DNA of 64,000 bases from NCBI RefSeq assembly GCF_003334315.1, contig NZ_QOWR01000005.1; one strand, written 5' to 3'. Made by a program: the position numbers and the translations under genes. This stretch comes from Escherichia coli. Lineage in GTDB: Bacteria > Pseudomonadota > Gammaproteobacteria > Enterobacterales > Enterobacteriaceae. Of this stretch, positions 1 to 11,254 are shown in pieces. Each line of letters begins with the position of its first letter. Position 1 is the first letter of the stretch. The notes under the pieces were generated by a model. The model was not told the DNA's origin, made no database searches, and saw nothing but the letters and a program-made list of their open reading frames with translations.

Positions 1-47
1 GAACCACCTACGATCATTTCTATAATGAATATATTGTTGAGGTATCT

Positions 48-911
48 ATGCGTTGGCAAGGGCGACGTGAAAGTGACAATGTTGAAGACAGGCGCAACAG
101 CTCTGGTGGTCCGTCTATGGGCGGTCCCGGTTTTCGCCTGCCAAGCGGTAAAGGCGGGCTGATTTTACTGATAGTCGTGCTGGTTGCAGGCTACTATGGC
201 GTTGATTTAACCGGGTTGATGACCGGGCAGCCGGTTTCTCAACAGCAATCAACGCGGTCAATTAGCCCAAATGAGGACGAAGCCGCAAAATTCACCTCAG
301 TGATTCTGGCAACCACGGAAGATACCTGGGGACAACAGTTCGAAAAGATGGGTAAGACCTATCAGCAACCGAAGCTGGTCATGTACCGTGGAATGACGCG
401 TACCGGATGCGGGGCGGGCCAGTCCATAATGGGGCCGTTCTATTGCCCGGCGGATGGCACGGTTTATATCGATCTCTCCTTCTATGATGACATGAAAGAC
501 AAACTTGGCGCGGATGGCGATTTTGCCCAGGGGTACGTTATCGCCCATGAAGTCGGTCATCATGTGCAGAAACTGTTAGGCATCGAGCCGAAAGTTCGTC
601 AACTGCAACAAAACGCGACGCAGGCGGAAGTGAACCGCTTATCTGTGCGTATGGAACTCCAGGCCGACTGTTTTGCCGGTGTCTGGGGGCATAGTATGCA
701 GCAGCAAGGCGTTCTGGAAACCGGCGATCTGGAAGAGGCGCTGAATGCGGCGCAGGCCATCGGCGATGACCGTTTACAACAGCAAAGTCAGGGGCGAGTA
801 GTACCAGACAGTTTCACTCATGGCACTTCTCAGCAACGCTACAGCTGGTTTAAACGTGGTTTCGACAGCGGCGATCCGGCACAATGCAATACTTTTGGTA
901 AAAGCATTTAA
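48..911 (+). CDS. ypfJ: Putative zinc metallopeptidase YpfJ
   Basis: 287 aa ORF; HExxH zinc motif ([10 protein letters not shown]); N-terminal TM segment; synteny next to tmcA. Confidence 0.85.
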
Positions 912-925
912 CTTCCGGGGCAGGG

Positions 926-2941
926 ATGGCTGAACTGACTGCGCTTCACACATTAACAGCGCAAATGAAACGTGAAGGGATCCGCCGCTTACTGGTGTTG
1001 AGCGGGGAAGAGGGTTGGTGTTTTGATCATGCGCTTAAGTTACGTGATGCCTTACCTGGCGACTGGCTGTGGATTTCGCCGCAGCCAGATGCTGAAAACC
1101 ACTGTTCTCCCTCGGCACTACAAACTTTACTTGGGCGCGAGTTCCGGCATGCGGTATTCGACGCCCGCCACGGCTTTGATGCCGCTGCCTTTGCCGCACT
1201 TAGCGGAACGTTGAAAGCGGGAAGCTGGCTGGTTTTGTTACTCCCTGTATGGGAAGAGTGGGAAAACCAACCTGATGCCGACTCGCTGCGCTGGAGTGAT
1301 TGCCCTGACCCTATTGCGACGCCGCATTTTGTCCAGCATTTCAAACGCGTACTTACGGCGGATAACGACGCTATCCTCTGGCGGCAAAACCAGCCGTTCT
1401 CGTTGGCGCATTTTACTCCCCGTACTGACTGGCACCCCGCGACCGGCGCACCACAACCAGAACAACAGCAACTCTTACAGCAGCTACTGACCATGCCGTC
1501 GGGCGTGGCAGCGGTAACTGCTGCGCGTGGGCGCGGTAAATCGGCGCTGGCAGGGCAACTCATTTCTCGTATTGCGGGCAGTGCGATTGTCACCGCGCCC
1601 GCAAAAGCGGCAACGGATGTACTGGCACAATTTGCGGGCGAGAAGTTTCGCTTTATTGCGCCGGATGCCTTGTTAGCCAGCGATGAACAAGCCGACTGGC
1701 TGGTGGTCGATGAAGCCGCAGCCATACCTGCGCCGTTGTTGCATCAACTGGTATCGCGTTTTCCTCGAACGTTGTTAACCACTACGGTGCAGGGCTACGA
1801 AGGCACCGGACGTGGTTTTTTGCTGAAATTTTGCGCTCGCTTTCCGCATTTACACCGTTTTGAACTGCAACAGCCGATCCGCTGGGCACAGGGATGCCCG
1901 CTGGAAAAAATGGTTAGTAATGCACTGGTTTTTGACGATGAAAACTTCACCCATACACCACAAGGCAATATCGTCATTTCCGCATTTGAACAAACGTTAT
2001 GGCGAAGCGAGCCAGAAACGCCGTTAAAGGTTTATCAGTTATTGTCTGGTGCGCACTACCGGACTTCGCCGCTGGATTTACGCCGGATGATGGATGCACC
2101 AGGGCAATATTTTTTACAGGCGGCTGGCGAAAACGAGATTGCCGGAGCGCTGTGGCTGGTGGATGAGGGGGGATTATCTCAACAACTCAGTCAGGCGGTA
2201 TGGGCAGGTTTTCGTCGCCCGCGGGGTAATCTGGTGGCCCAGTCGCTGGCGGCGCACGGCAGCAATCCACTGGCGGCGACATTGCGTGGACGGCGGGTCA
2301 GCCGGATAGCAGTTCATCCGGCTCGTCAGCGGGAAGGCACAGGGCGGCAACTTATTGCTGGTGCTTTGCAATATACGCGTGACCTCGACTATCTTTCGGT
2401 GAGTTTTGGTTACACCGGGGAGTTATGGCGTTTCTGGCAACGCTGCGGTTTTGTGCTGGTGCGAATGGGTAATCATCGTGAAGCCAGCAGCGGTTGCTAT
2501 ACGGCGATGGCGCTGTTACCGATGAGTGATGCGGGTAAACAGCTGGCTGAACGTGAGCATTACCGTTTACGTCGCGATGCGCAAGCTCTCGCGCAGTGGA
2601 ATGGCGAAATGCTTCCTGTTGATCCACTAAACGATGCCATCCTTTCTGACGACGACTGGCTTGAACTGGCCGGTTTTGCTTTCGCTCATCGTCCGCTATT
2701 AACATCGTTAGGTTGCTTATTGCGTATGCTACAAACCAGTGAACTGGCATTACCGGCGCTGCGTGGGCGTTTACAGAAAAACGTCAGCGACGCGCAGTTA
2801 TGTACCACACTTAAACTTTCAGGCCGCAAGATGTTACTGGTCCGTCAGCGGGAAGAGGCCGCGCAGGCGCTGTTCGCACTTAATGATGTTCGCACTGAGC
2901 GTCTGCGCGATCGCATAACGCAATGGCAATTTTTTCACTGA
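926..2941 (+). CDS. tmcA: tRNA(Met) cytidine acetyltransferase TmcA
   Basis: 671 aa; P-loop (ARGRGKS) helicase-like domain plus C-terminal GNAT region; synteny. Confidence 0.9.
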   Translation: MAELTALHTLTAQMKREGIRRLLVLSGEEGWCFDHALKLRDALPGDWLWISPQPDAENHCSPSALQTLLGREFRHAVFDARHGFDAAAFAALSGTLKAGSWLVLLLPVWEEWENQPDADSLRWSDCPDPIATPHFVQHFKRVLTADNDAILWRQNQPFSLAHFTPRTDWHPATGAPQPEQQQLLQQLLTMPSGVAAVTAARGRGKSALAGQLISRIAGSAIVTAPAKAATDVLAQFAGEKFRFIAPDALLASDEQADWLVVDEAAAIPAPLLHQLVSRFPRTLLTTTVQGYEGTGRGFLLKFCARFPHLHRFELQQPIRWAQGCPLEKMVSNALVFDDENFTHTPQGNIVISAFEQTLWRSEPETPLKVYQLLSGAHYRTSPLDLRRMMDAPGQYFLQAAGENEIAGALWLVDEGGLSQQLSQAVWAGFRRPRGNLVAQSLAAHGSNPLAATLRGRRVSRIAVHPARQREGTGRQLIAGALQYTRDLDYLSVSFGYTGELWRFWQRCGFVLVRMGNHREASSGCYTAMALLPMSDAGKQLAEREHYRLRRDAQALAQWNGEMLPVDPLNDAILSDDDWLELAGFAFAHRPLLTSLGCLLRMLQTSELALPALRGRLQKNVSDAQLCTTLKLSGRKMLLVRQREEAAQALFALNDVRTERLRDRITQWQFFH

Positions 2942-3014
2942 CTCCTTCAATTTTCTCCCATGGTCATTGTGAGTCAGCGGCGTAAAATTAATGACATCAG
3001 TTAAGGAGTTCGCC

Positions 3015-3713
3015 ATGAAACATGACCATTTTGTTGTTCAAAGCCCGGATAAACCTGCGCAACAGTTGTTACTGCTTTTCCACGGTGTCGGGGATAACCC
3101 GGTGGCAATGGGGGAAATAGGTAGCTGGTTTGCACCGCTGTTTCCTGATGCGCTGGTGGTGAGTGTCGGTGGCGCGGAGCCGAGCGGTAATCCGGCGGGG
3201 CGTCAGTGGTTTTCGGTGCAGGGTATTACGGAAGATAATCGCCAGGCGCGTGTGGATGCGATCATGCCGACGTTTATTGAAACGGTGCGCTACTGGCAGA
3301 AACAGAGCGGAGTAGGGGCTAACGCCACGGCGCTAATCGGTTTCTCTCAAGGCGCGATTATGGCGCTGGAGAGCATTAAAGCCGAACCGGGCCTTGCTTC
3401 GCGCGTCATTGCCTTTAACGGACGCTATGCGAGCCTGCCGGAAACCGCGTCTACAGCAACGACAATTCACCTGATTCATGGTGGTGAAGATCCGGTTATC
3501 GATCTGGCGCATGCGGTTGCGGCGCAGGAAGCGTTAATCAGTGCCGGTGGTGACGTGACGCTGGATATCGTGGAGGATTTAGGCCATGCGATCGACAATC
3601 GCAGTATGCAATTTGCCCTGGATCACTTGCGTTATACCATTCCTAAACATTATTTCGACGAAGCGCTAAGTGGCGGTAAGCCTGGCGATGATGATGTGAT
3701 TGAAATGATGTAA
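3015..3713 (+). CDS. ypfH: Alpha/beta-hydrolase esterase YpfH
   Basis: 232 aa from ATG 3015 with AAGGAG SD at 3003-3008 (ORF track starts upstream at 2991); GxSxG nucleophile elbow (GFSQG). Confidence 0.85.
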   Translation: MKHDHFVVQSPDKPAQQLLLLFHGVGDNPVAMGEIGSWFAPLFPDALVVSVGGAEPSGNPAGRQWFSVQGITEDNRQARVDAIMPTFIETVRYWQKQSGVGANATALIGFSQGAIMALESIKAEPGLASRVIAFNGRYASLPETASTATTIHLIHGGEDPVIDLAHAVAAQEALISAGGDVTLDIVEDLGHAIDNRSMQFALDHLRYTIPKHYFDEALSGGKPGDDDVIEMM

Positions 3714-3727
3714 AAGACAGATTACCA

Positions 3728-3808
3728 GGCCTGATAAGACGCGTGAGCGTCGCATCAGGCATCGTTCACCATTGCCGGATGCGGCGTGAACGCCTTATCC
3801 GGCCTACG
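3728..3808. repeat. REP (repetitive extragenic palindrome) pair between convergent ypfH and ypfN
   Basis: gcctgataagacgc...gcgtcgcatcaggc and gccggatgcggcgtgaacgccttatccggcctac palindromic units. Confidence 0.8.
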
Positions 3809-3822
3809 GTTGAGCACTCAGC

Positions 3823-4023
3823 TTACTTCTTCGGTTGATCCTTTTTCGGCCAGTCGTCGTCATCGTCCCACTTATCGTTGAAATCACGATGCGGGGGAAG
3901 CTCCGGCTTGTTGGCGAGAAATTTCTTATGGTCGACGCGCTTGAGATCTTTAATCACGTTCAGCAGGACGCCTACCAAAAAGACAATCACCAGAATCCAC
4001 CAATATTTAGCCAGCCAGTCCAT
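3823..4023 (-). CDS. ypfN: Small UPF0370 membrane protein YpfN
   Basis: 66 aa from internal ATG ([18 protein letters not shown]...); single TM helix then acidic/lysine-rich tail; SD GAGGAA upstream. Confidence 0.8.
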
Positions 4024-4050
4024 GCTTATTTCCTCTTGCAGAACCACTCA

Positions 4051-5178
4051 TCAGGCGACGAGCTGTTCCATGATACGTTGATACATACGGGCAAGTAGCT
4101 GCAGGTCGGCAGCGTTCACACATTCATTAATTTTATGAATAGTGGCATTGACCGGCCCGAGTTCCACCACCTGCGCCCCCATGCGGGCAATAAAGCGCCC
4201 GTCGGACGTTCCGCCTGTGGTCAGTAGCTGCGGTTTAATTTCATTATAGTGCTCAACCGCGTTAACGACCGCATCCACCAGTTTACCGCGCGCGGTCAAA
4301 AATGGCTGCCCGGAAAGCCACCAATCCACCGTATAGCGCAGTTGATGTTTTTCAAGCAGGGCAAGCACCTGCGCTTTGATCATCTCATCAGTCAGTTCGG
4401 TGCTGAAGCGGAAGTTAAACTGCACAAACAGTTCACCCGGAATAACGTTGTTACTGCCCGTTCCCGCCTGAATATTGGCAATCTGCATACTGGTCGCCGG
4501 GAAGAATTCATTGCCCTGATCCCACTCAATAGCCACTAATTCATTAAGGAAAGGTGCTGCGCGATGTACCGGATTGTCAGCCAGATGTGGGTAGGCAACA
4601 TGCCCCTGAACGCCATGAATGGTAAGGTTGCAGGTTAATGATCCGCGACGACCATTTTTCACCACATCACCTACCACTTCGATACTCGACGGTTCGCCAA
4701 CCAGGCAGTAATCGAGACGCTCATTACGTGCCATTAACGCTTCGACGACTTTTACCGTACCGTTGTGGGCACTGGCTTCTTCATCAGAGGTGATCAGAAA
4801 TGCCAGTCGCCCCGTATGGTTGGGATGTTGTGCGACAAAACGTTCTGCCGCCACCACCATCGCCGCCAGCGAGCCTTTCATATCTGCCGCACCGCGCCCG
4901 AATAACATGCCGTCACGAATGGTGGGTTCAAACGGGGGATTGATCCAACGATCGGCGTCGCCAGGCGGCACCACGTCGGTATGCCCGGCAAAGGCTAACG
5001 TTTCACCCTGCCCACGCCATGCCCAAAAATTCTGCGTATCGGCAAAGTCCATGCGTTCAACGGTAAAACCGATCGCCTGCAAACGTTCAATCAACAAAGC
5101 CTGGCATCCTGCATCATCAGGACTCAGGGAAGGGCGGCGAATAAGCTGTTGTGTCAGCTCAATAACCGGGCACGACAT
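4051..5178 (-). CDS. dapE: Succinyl-diaminopimelate desuccinylase
   Basis: 375 aa; M20 peptidase family sequence; synteny yffB-dapE-ypfN. Confidence 0.93.
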
Positions 5179-5181
5179 AGA

Positions 5182-5556
<375 letters not shown>

Positions 5557-5913
5557 TTATGAGAATAAATACTCATTTAAGGGTGAAAACATTTTGCCTG
5601 CAAATGATTATCAGGAAATATAACATTATCGAAGTATTCAAATTAACAACTATTAAATAATATTAAACATTTTTAACGTAAACATTAAGAATATTCATCT
5701 TGTTATCTGTCTGTATTTTAACCAGAATTAAATCAGTATTAGATGCCGTATGAATATCTCGAAATGTTGCTGTGTATCACATACAAATCATCACCGCAGG
5801 ACCATAGTATTTACATAAGATTTGTCCCCCGGAGGTAGTCATCGCAGCAATCGAGTAAATTAGCTTCACCACGGTATATTGTTTCCGTAGAATACCCATA
5901 ATTAGAGGTTGTT

Positions 5914-5973
5914 ATGATTGAACGTGAACTGGGGAACTGGAAAGACTTTATCGAAGTTATGCTTCGTAAGTAA
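5914..5973 (+). CDS. ypfM: Small protein YpfM (19 aa)
   Basis: ATG...TAA encodes MIERELGNWKDFIEVMLRK; SD AGAGG 6-10 nt upstream; lies in AT-rich intergenic region; below the ORF-track size cutoff. Confidence 0.7.
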   Translation: MIERELGNWKDFIEVMLRK

Positions 5974-6043
5974 TTCCTGAGACAAAGTACAAACAGCAAG
6001 AACCCGCTGAGCAGGTTCTTAATCGGAAAGTTGAAAAAGGCGA

Positions 6044-6068
6044 CACATTGGCATGTCGCCTTTTTTAT
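6044..6068. terminator. Bidirectional Rho-independent terminator between ypfM and acrD
   Basis: hairpin ggcgacacattggcatgtcgcc flanked by A-run upstream and T-run downstream. Confidence 0.8.
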
Positions 6069-6071
6069 TGC

Positions 6072-9000
6072 TTATTCCGGGCGCGGCTTCAGCGGGAAGC
6101 GGCGGCGCACCAGCACAAAGAACAGCGGCACGAAGTAAATAGCCAGAATAGTGGCCGAAATCATCCCGCCCATTACGCCAGTACCCACCGCATGCTGACC
6201 ACCGGAACCGGCACCCGTGCTGGTTGCCATTGGCAATACGCCGAAGATAAATGCCAGCGAGGTCATCAGAATCGGGCGTAAACGCTGACGGCAGGCGTGG
6301 AGCGTCGCTTCAAACAGGTCGTGGCCTTTTTGGTTCATCTCGTTAGCAAACTCGACGATCAGGATGGCGTTTTTCGCCGATAAACCAATGACCGTTAACA
6401 GGCCCACCTGGAAGTAAACGTCGTTTTCCAGCCCGCGCATCCAGGTTGCCAGCAGCGCGCCGATTACCCCCAGCGGCACGACCAGCATTACCGAGAACGG
6501 CACCGACCAGCTTTCATACAACGCAGCCAGACACAGGAATACCACCAGCAAGGAAATGGCGTACAGCGCCGGAGCCTGCGCGCCGGAAAGCCGCTCCTGA
6601 TACGACATCGCCGTCCACTCCAGACCAAAGCCGTTTGGCAGCTGCTTCACTAACGATTCCATAATATCCATCGCCGTACCGGTACTGACCCCCGGTGCGG
6701 CTTCCCCAACAATCTCAACCGCAGAATAACCGTTATAGCGTTCCAGACGCGGCGAGCCTGTTTCCCAGCGTGAGGTCGCGAAAGCAGAGAAGGGCACCAT
6801 GCCGCCATCTTTATTTCGGACATACCAGAGATTGATGTCATCTGGCAGCATGCGATACGGCGCAGCTGCCTGCACATAGACTTTCTTCACGCGACCGCGA
6901 TCCATAAAGTCATTCACATAGCTCGAACCCCAGGCGGTTTGCAGTGTGTCGTTAATATCGTCGATAGCAACGCCCAGCGCCTGAGCTTTACGCTGGTCGA
7001 TATCAATCTGCAACTGCGGACTGTCGTCGAGGCCGTTATGGCGCACACGGGTTAGCTCCGGGTTTTCCGCCGCCAGCGCCAGCAACTGATTACGTGCTGC
7101 CATCAGCGCATCGTGACCCGCTCCAGCGTGGTCCTGCAACTCCATATCAAAACCCGCAGAACTACCAAGACCGCTAATTGCTGGCGGGCTGCTGGCGATA
7201 ACGCGAGCTTCTTTAATCTTGTTAAACGCCTTCGTTGCACGCTCGATAATGGCAAATGAGGTGCCGGTCTTACTGTCGCGTTCGCTCCAGTCTTTCAGGC
7301 GGATAAACATTCGCGCCACGTTTTGCCCGTTGCCCCCAGGGCCAGAGCCAACGGTGGCAAACACCGACATGATGTTGTCTTTTTCATGGGTGAAGTAATA
7401 TTTCTCGATTTGCTCAACGACTTTCAGGGTCTGTTGTTGGGTTGAACCGCTGGGCAATTGTACCGAGGTAGTAAACATGCCCCGGTCTTCCAGCGGTAAG
7501 AACGACGTCGGCAAACGCAGGAACAGGAACACCATGCCGCCAAGCAGCAGGACATAAATCACAATCCAGCGCAGGCTACGGTGGAGAATTTTCGCCACCC
7601 CTTTTTCGTAGCGTTCGGCGTTGCGGTTAAACATCTGGTTAAACCAGGCAAAAAAGCCTTTTTGCCCATGATGCTCACCTTTTTTCAGTGGCTTAAGTAG
7701 CGTGGCACACAGAGCCGGAGTGAGGATCATCGCTACCAGTACTGACAGCACCATCGCCGCAACAATGGTAATAGAGAACTGGCGATAGATGGCACCGGTG
7801 GTGCCGCCGAAGAAGGCCATTGGTACAAATACCGCCGAAAGCACCATCGCAATCCCGACCAGTGCCCCCTGGATCTGCCCCATCGATTTACGTGTGGCTT
7901 CGCGAGGAGTGAGTCCTTCCTCACTCATAATACGTTCGACGTTTTCTACCACCACGATGGCATCATCCACCAGCAGACCGATCGCCAGCACCATCGCGAA
8001 CATGGTTAAGGTGTTGACGCTGTAACCGAAGGCGTAAAGTACGGAGAAGGTTCCCATCAACACCACCGGCACGGCGATAGTGGGTATCAGCGTGGCGCGG
8101 AAGTTTTGCAGGAACAGATACATAACGAGGAAAACCAGAGCGATAGCTTCCAGCAGCGTTTTCACCACGTCTTCAATGGAGGCTTTAACAAACGAGGTGG
8201 TTTCATACGCCACCTTGTATTCCAGTCCATGCGGGAAATACTGCGCCAGCTCGTCGAGACGATTGAGCACCAGCTCCGCTGTCGCCATTTCGTTTGCGCC
8301 GGAGGCCAGTTTTACCCCCAGCCCGGAGGCTGGCTTACCATTGAAGCGGCTAAGATAATCGTATTTCTCCGCCCCCATTTCGACGGTGGCGACATCGCCC
8401 AGCCTTACCTCTGAGCCGTCTTGATTCACCCTCAAGGTGATATCGCGGAACTGTTCTGGTGTTTGCAGCAGTGACTGGGCGTTAATGGTGGCGTTGAGCG
8501 CCTGCTTATCGACGGAAGGTGTACCACCAAGTTGCCCAACCGCAATCTGCGCGTTCTGTGACTCAATGGCATCAGTGACATCTTTAGCTGTCATCTGGAA
8601 ACTGTTGAGTTTCGCCGGGTCCAGCCAGATACGCATGGAATATTGCGAACCATAGGCATCAATATCCCCGACGCCATTTACGCGGCTTAACGGGTCCTGA
8701 ATATTACTGGCAACATAATCAGCAATATCCTGTTTATCCATCGAACCATCGGTAGAGACGAAGGCAATGGTCAGAATGTTGGTATCGCCGGTTTTACGCA
8801 CCGTCACGCCCTGATTTTGCACCGCCTGCGGTAACTTTCGCATGGCTGATTGCAGCTGGTTTTGTACTTGCTGCACGGCTTCGTCCGGATCGGTGCCTGC
8901 TTTAAAACTTAAAGTGACAGATGCCTGACCGGTGCCACTGCTCTGAGATGACATATACATGAGATTATCGAGGCCGGTCATATTTTGCTCGATAACCTGG

Positions 9001-9185
9001 GTCACGGTGTTTTCCAGCGTCTGGGCCGATGCGCCGGGATAGTTAGCGGTCACTCGCACATTCGGTGGCGCGAGATCGGGGTATTGTTCAACGGGCAATG
9101 AAAAAATCGCCAGGGTACCTGTCAGACACAACAGGATTGCCAGCACCCAGGCAAAAATGGGGCGATCAATAAAGAAATTCGCCAT
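6072..9185 (-). CDS. acrD: RND-family aminoglycoside/multidrug efflux pump AcrD
   Basis: 1037 aa; 12-TM RND transporter with two large periplasmic loops; synteny beside narQ. Confidence 0.93.
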   Translation of the reverse strand: MANFFIDRPIFAWVLAILLCLTGTLAIFSLPVEQYPDLAPPNVRVTANYPGASAQTLENTVTQVIEQNMTGLDNLMYMSSQSSGTGQASVTLSFKAGTDPDEAVQQVQNQLQSAMRKLPQAVQNQGVTVRKTGDTNILTIAFVSTDGSMDKQDIADYVASNIQDPLSRVNGVGDIDAYGSQYSMRIWLDPAKLNSFQMTAKDVTDAIESQNAQIAVGQLGGTPSVDKQALNATINAQSLLQTPEQFRDITLRVNQDGSEVRLGDVATVEMGAEKYDYLSRFNGKPASGLGVKLASGANEMATAELVLNRLDELAQYFPHGLEYKVAYETTSFVKASIEDVVKTLLEAIALVFLVMYLFLQNFRATLIPTIAVPVVLMGTFSVLYAFGYSVNTLTMFAMVLAIGLLVDDAIVVVENVERIMSEEGLTPREATRKSMGQIQGALVGIAMVLSAVFVPMAFFGGTTGAIYRQFSITIVAAMVLSVLVAMILTPALCATLLKPLKKGEHHGQKGFFAWFNQMFNRNAERYEKGVAKILHRSLRWIVIYVLLLGGMVFLFLRLPTSFLPLEDRGMFTTSVQLPSGSTQQQTLKVVEQIEKYYFTHEKDNIMSVFATVGSGPGGNGQNVARMFIRLKDWSERDSKTGTSFAIIERATKAFNKIKEARVIASSPPAISGLGSSAGFDMELQDHAGAGHDALMAARNQLLALAAENPELTRVRHNGLDDSPQLQIDIDQRKAQALGVAIDDINDTLQTAWGSSYVNDFMDRGRVKKVYVQAAAPYRMLPDDINLWYVRNKDGGMVPFSAFATSRWETGSPRLERYNGYSAVEIVGEAAPGVSTGTAMDIMESLVKQLPNGFGLEWTAMSYQERLSGAQAPALYAISLLVVFLCLAALYESWSVPFSVMLVVPLGVIGALLATWMRGLENDVYFQVGLLTVIGLSAKNAILIVEFANEMNQKGHDLFEATLHACRQRLRPILMTSLAFIFGVLPMATSTGAGSGGQHAVGTGVMGGMISATILAIYFVPLFFVLVRRRFPLKPRPE

Positions 9186-9348
9186 TAAAAGAGGACCTCG
9201 TGTTTCTGCGTATCGTTGTAGGCTTGACTTGCTTCACTGTAGCGGCAAGGTACGAGCCAATCGTGGAGAAAAAAAGGAGTTAATGTAAATTATCATGCCC
9301 TTTTATACTGAACCTTAAGTGCAAGTATTCTTTGGTCAGTAGGAGGCA

Positions 9349-11049
9349 TTACATTAACTGACTTTCCTCACCCTCCGCAGAGCGAAAGCTAATACTCACT
9401 AACGTGCCGCCGCCGGAAGGTTGTGAAAAAGTCAGCGTCCCACCTAGCCGTTCCGCGCGTTCGCGCATGATATTCAGACCATAATGACCTTCGGGTTCTT
9501 TCGGTTCACCGATACCAATCCCGTTATCACGGATATAAACCGTGTGATTGCCGTCCGGCGCGGTGACGCAACTGACGGCGATTTCGCTGGCGTTGGCGTG
9601 CTTCATCGCATTCAGCACTGCTTCGCGAATAATTTGCAACAAATGCACCTGCATTTGCGCATCCAGTGCCAGGGTTGGCAGACGGCAGTCGAGGGTCAGT
9701 TTGGCGCTGGTTTGATTTTGTAACGTATCCAGCATTTCCCTCAATGCGGAGGGGAGATCCGCCTGCTGCAGCGTCAGGCGGAAAGTAGTCAACAGCTCGC
9801 GTAACTGCCGATAAGCATCATTCAACGCCTGGGAAAAATCGGCCATGATACTTTGTGCGGTGGCGTTATCTTCCGGTATCGAACGCTTCAGTAACGTCAA
9901 CTGGATACGTAAGTAAGAAAGTACCTGAGCCAGCGAGTCGTGCAATTCGCGGGCGATGGTCGCACGTTCTTCCATCAACAATAATTGCTGAAAATGCTTC
10001 TGCGCCTGATTAAAGTACAAACCGCGTCCCAGCATCGACGAAACGCTGTTAAGCAGCGGTTCTGATGATGAAACGTGACTATTTTGCCAGTGCAGTTCGC
10101 CGTAAACCGTCTCTTGCATTGTCACCGGTAAAATCTGCATCGGCAATTCCGGGTTTGGTTGCCCTTCGCTAATCCGCCAGTTTTCACCGACATTTAACTC
10201 CAGATATTCAGCCGCTTCATTGTCGCGAACAATCTGCAAAATATGGCGGAAACAATGCACATCAATCTGGCTAGTGTTCAGCGCCTGCGAACACTGATAC
10301 AACACCTCCAGACGACGCTTGGCCTCGTGGAGATCGCGGGTCTTTTCTTCTACTGACGCTTCCAGCGAACGGTACAATTTATGCAGCTCGCTCGACATCT
10401 GGTTAAAGGTTTTTGCAAGCAGACCAAGCTCATTCGGCAGGTTGGTATCCAGCGGCGGCGAGTCGAACTGCCCGTGTTCAATACGCTGACTGGCGGTAAC
10501 CAGCTGATTCAGCGGGGCAACCACCTGATGGCGTATGCGGCGCAAAGTAAAAAAGACCAGCGTGAAAATACCGATGCCGCCAGCCAGGGAAATCGCCACC
10601 ACCAGCAGCATTTTGCGTTCAGCGTAGTGCTGTAAAGCCAGTACGAACAGGTCTATCTGATTAACATAATTATTAATATTGGCCTGATACCACGGCAAAT
10701 CGCCCTTGCTGAGCCGATTATTCATCTCCAGCCAGTTGGCATTCAGATGCGCATAGCGAGTTTTTACTGCTTCTGGCACATACCAGACGTTGAGGTTGGT
10801 TAATACCGGTGAATGCAGTGCCTGCTGAAATAACTGGCGATGTGCATTGAGTTGTGGACTGCCACTTTGCAAGTCGTAGCCCAGGCGGTAACTCTGCATA
10901 CGCAGCGATCCGGCAATATTGATAGCCTCAGCGTCGCGCAAACTGCTCGCCAGAGTTAGCAGAGCGATACCCGTGGAAAGAATCGACAGCAGCACAATGT
11001 AAAAAAAGGCCCGGGCCAGACTGGCCGAGACGGGTCGTTTAACAATCAC
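9349..11049 (-). CDS. narQ: Nitrate/nitrite sensor histidine kinase NarQ
   Basis: 566 aa from GTG at 11049 (protein MIVKRPVSASLARAFF...); H-box ELHDSLAQ, HAMP and ATPase domains; ORF track starts 5 codons upstream. Confidence 0.9.
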   Translation of the reverse strand: MIVKRPVSASLARAFFYIVLLSILSTGIALLTLASSLRDAEAINIAGSLRMQSYRLGYDLQSGSPQLNAHRQLFQQALHSPVLTNLNVWYVPEAVKTRYAHLNANWLEMNNRLSKGDLPWYQANINNYVNQIDLFVLALQHYAERKMLLVVAISLAGGIGIFTLVFFTLRRIRHQVVAPLNQLVTASQRIEHGQFDSPPLDTNLPNELGLLAKTFNQMSSELHKLYRSLEASVEEKTRDLHEAKRRLEVLYQCSQALNTSQIDVHCFRHILQIVRDNEAAEYLELNVGENWRISEGQPNPELPMQILPVTMQETVYGELHWQNSHVSSSEPLLNSVSSMLGRGLYFNQAQKHFQQLLLMEERATIARELHDSLAQVLSYLRIQLTLLKRSIPEDNATAQSIMADFSQALNDAYRQLRELLTTFRLTLQQADLPSALREMLDTLQNQTSAKLTLDCRLPTLALDAQMQVHLLQIIREAVLNAMKHANASEIAVSCVTAPDGNHTVYIRDNGIGIGEPKEPEGHYGLNIMRERAERLGGTLTFSQPSGGGTLVSISFRSAEGEESQLM

Positions 11050-11254
11050 ACGCGTCTTCTCCACAAAAAATCATTAATGTTCCAGTTCGCTGAAACGCAA
11101 TTTAGTCAGTGATGGGATTATTTGATCTGCCACAGTTTATAGCGAAATAGTTACTTATTCTGGGCACATGAACATTGCCGATTCCCCTGTAAGTCGGGTA
11201 ATAACAACACTCATATAAAGAATAAGGTTTTTACAACCAAAAAAGAAGGTCGTT

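Noticed and set aside
2991-3014. Upstream N-terminal extensions in the ORF track for ypfH, ypfN, nudK, tktB, eutS, eutM, eutG, eutK, ypeA, yfeZ, yfeX, yfeW, murR, ucpA, cysM, zipA, ypeB and narQ
   Set aside because: The ORF track takes the first ATG/GTG/TTG after a stop; in each case an internal start with a proper SD matches the known protein N-terminus and length, so the extensions are not used.
5811-5999. 62-aa ORF on the minus strand in the yffB/acrD intergenic region
   Set aside because: It is antisense to ypfM in AT-rich promoter DNA, has no SD and low-complexity composition; likely spurious.
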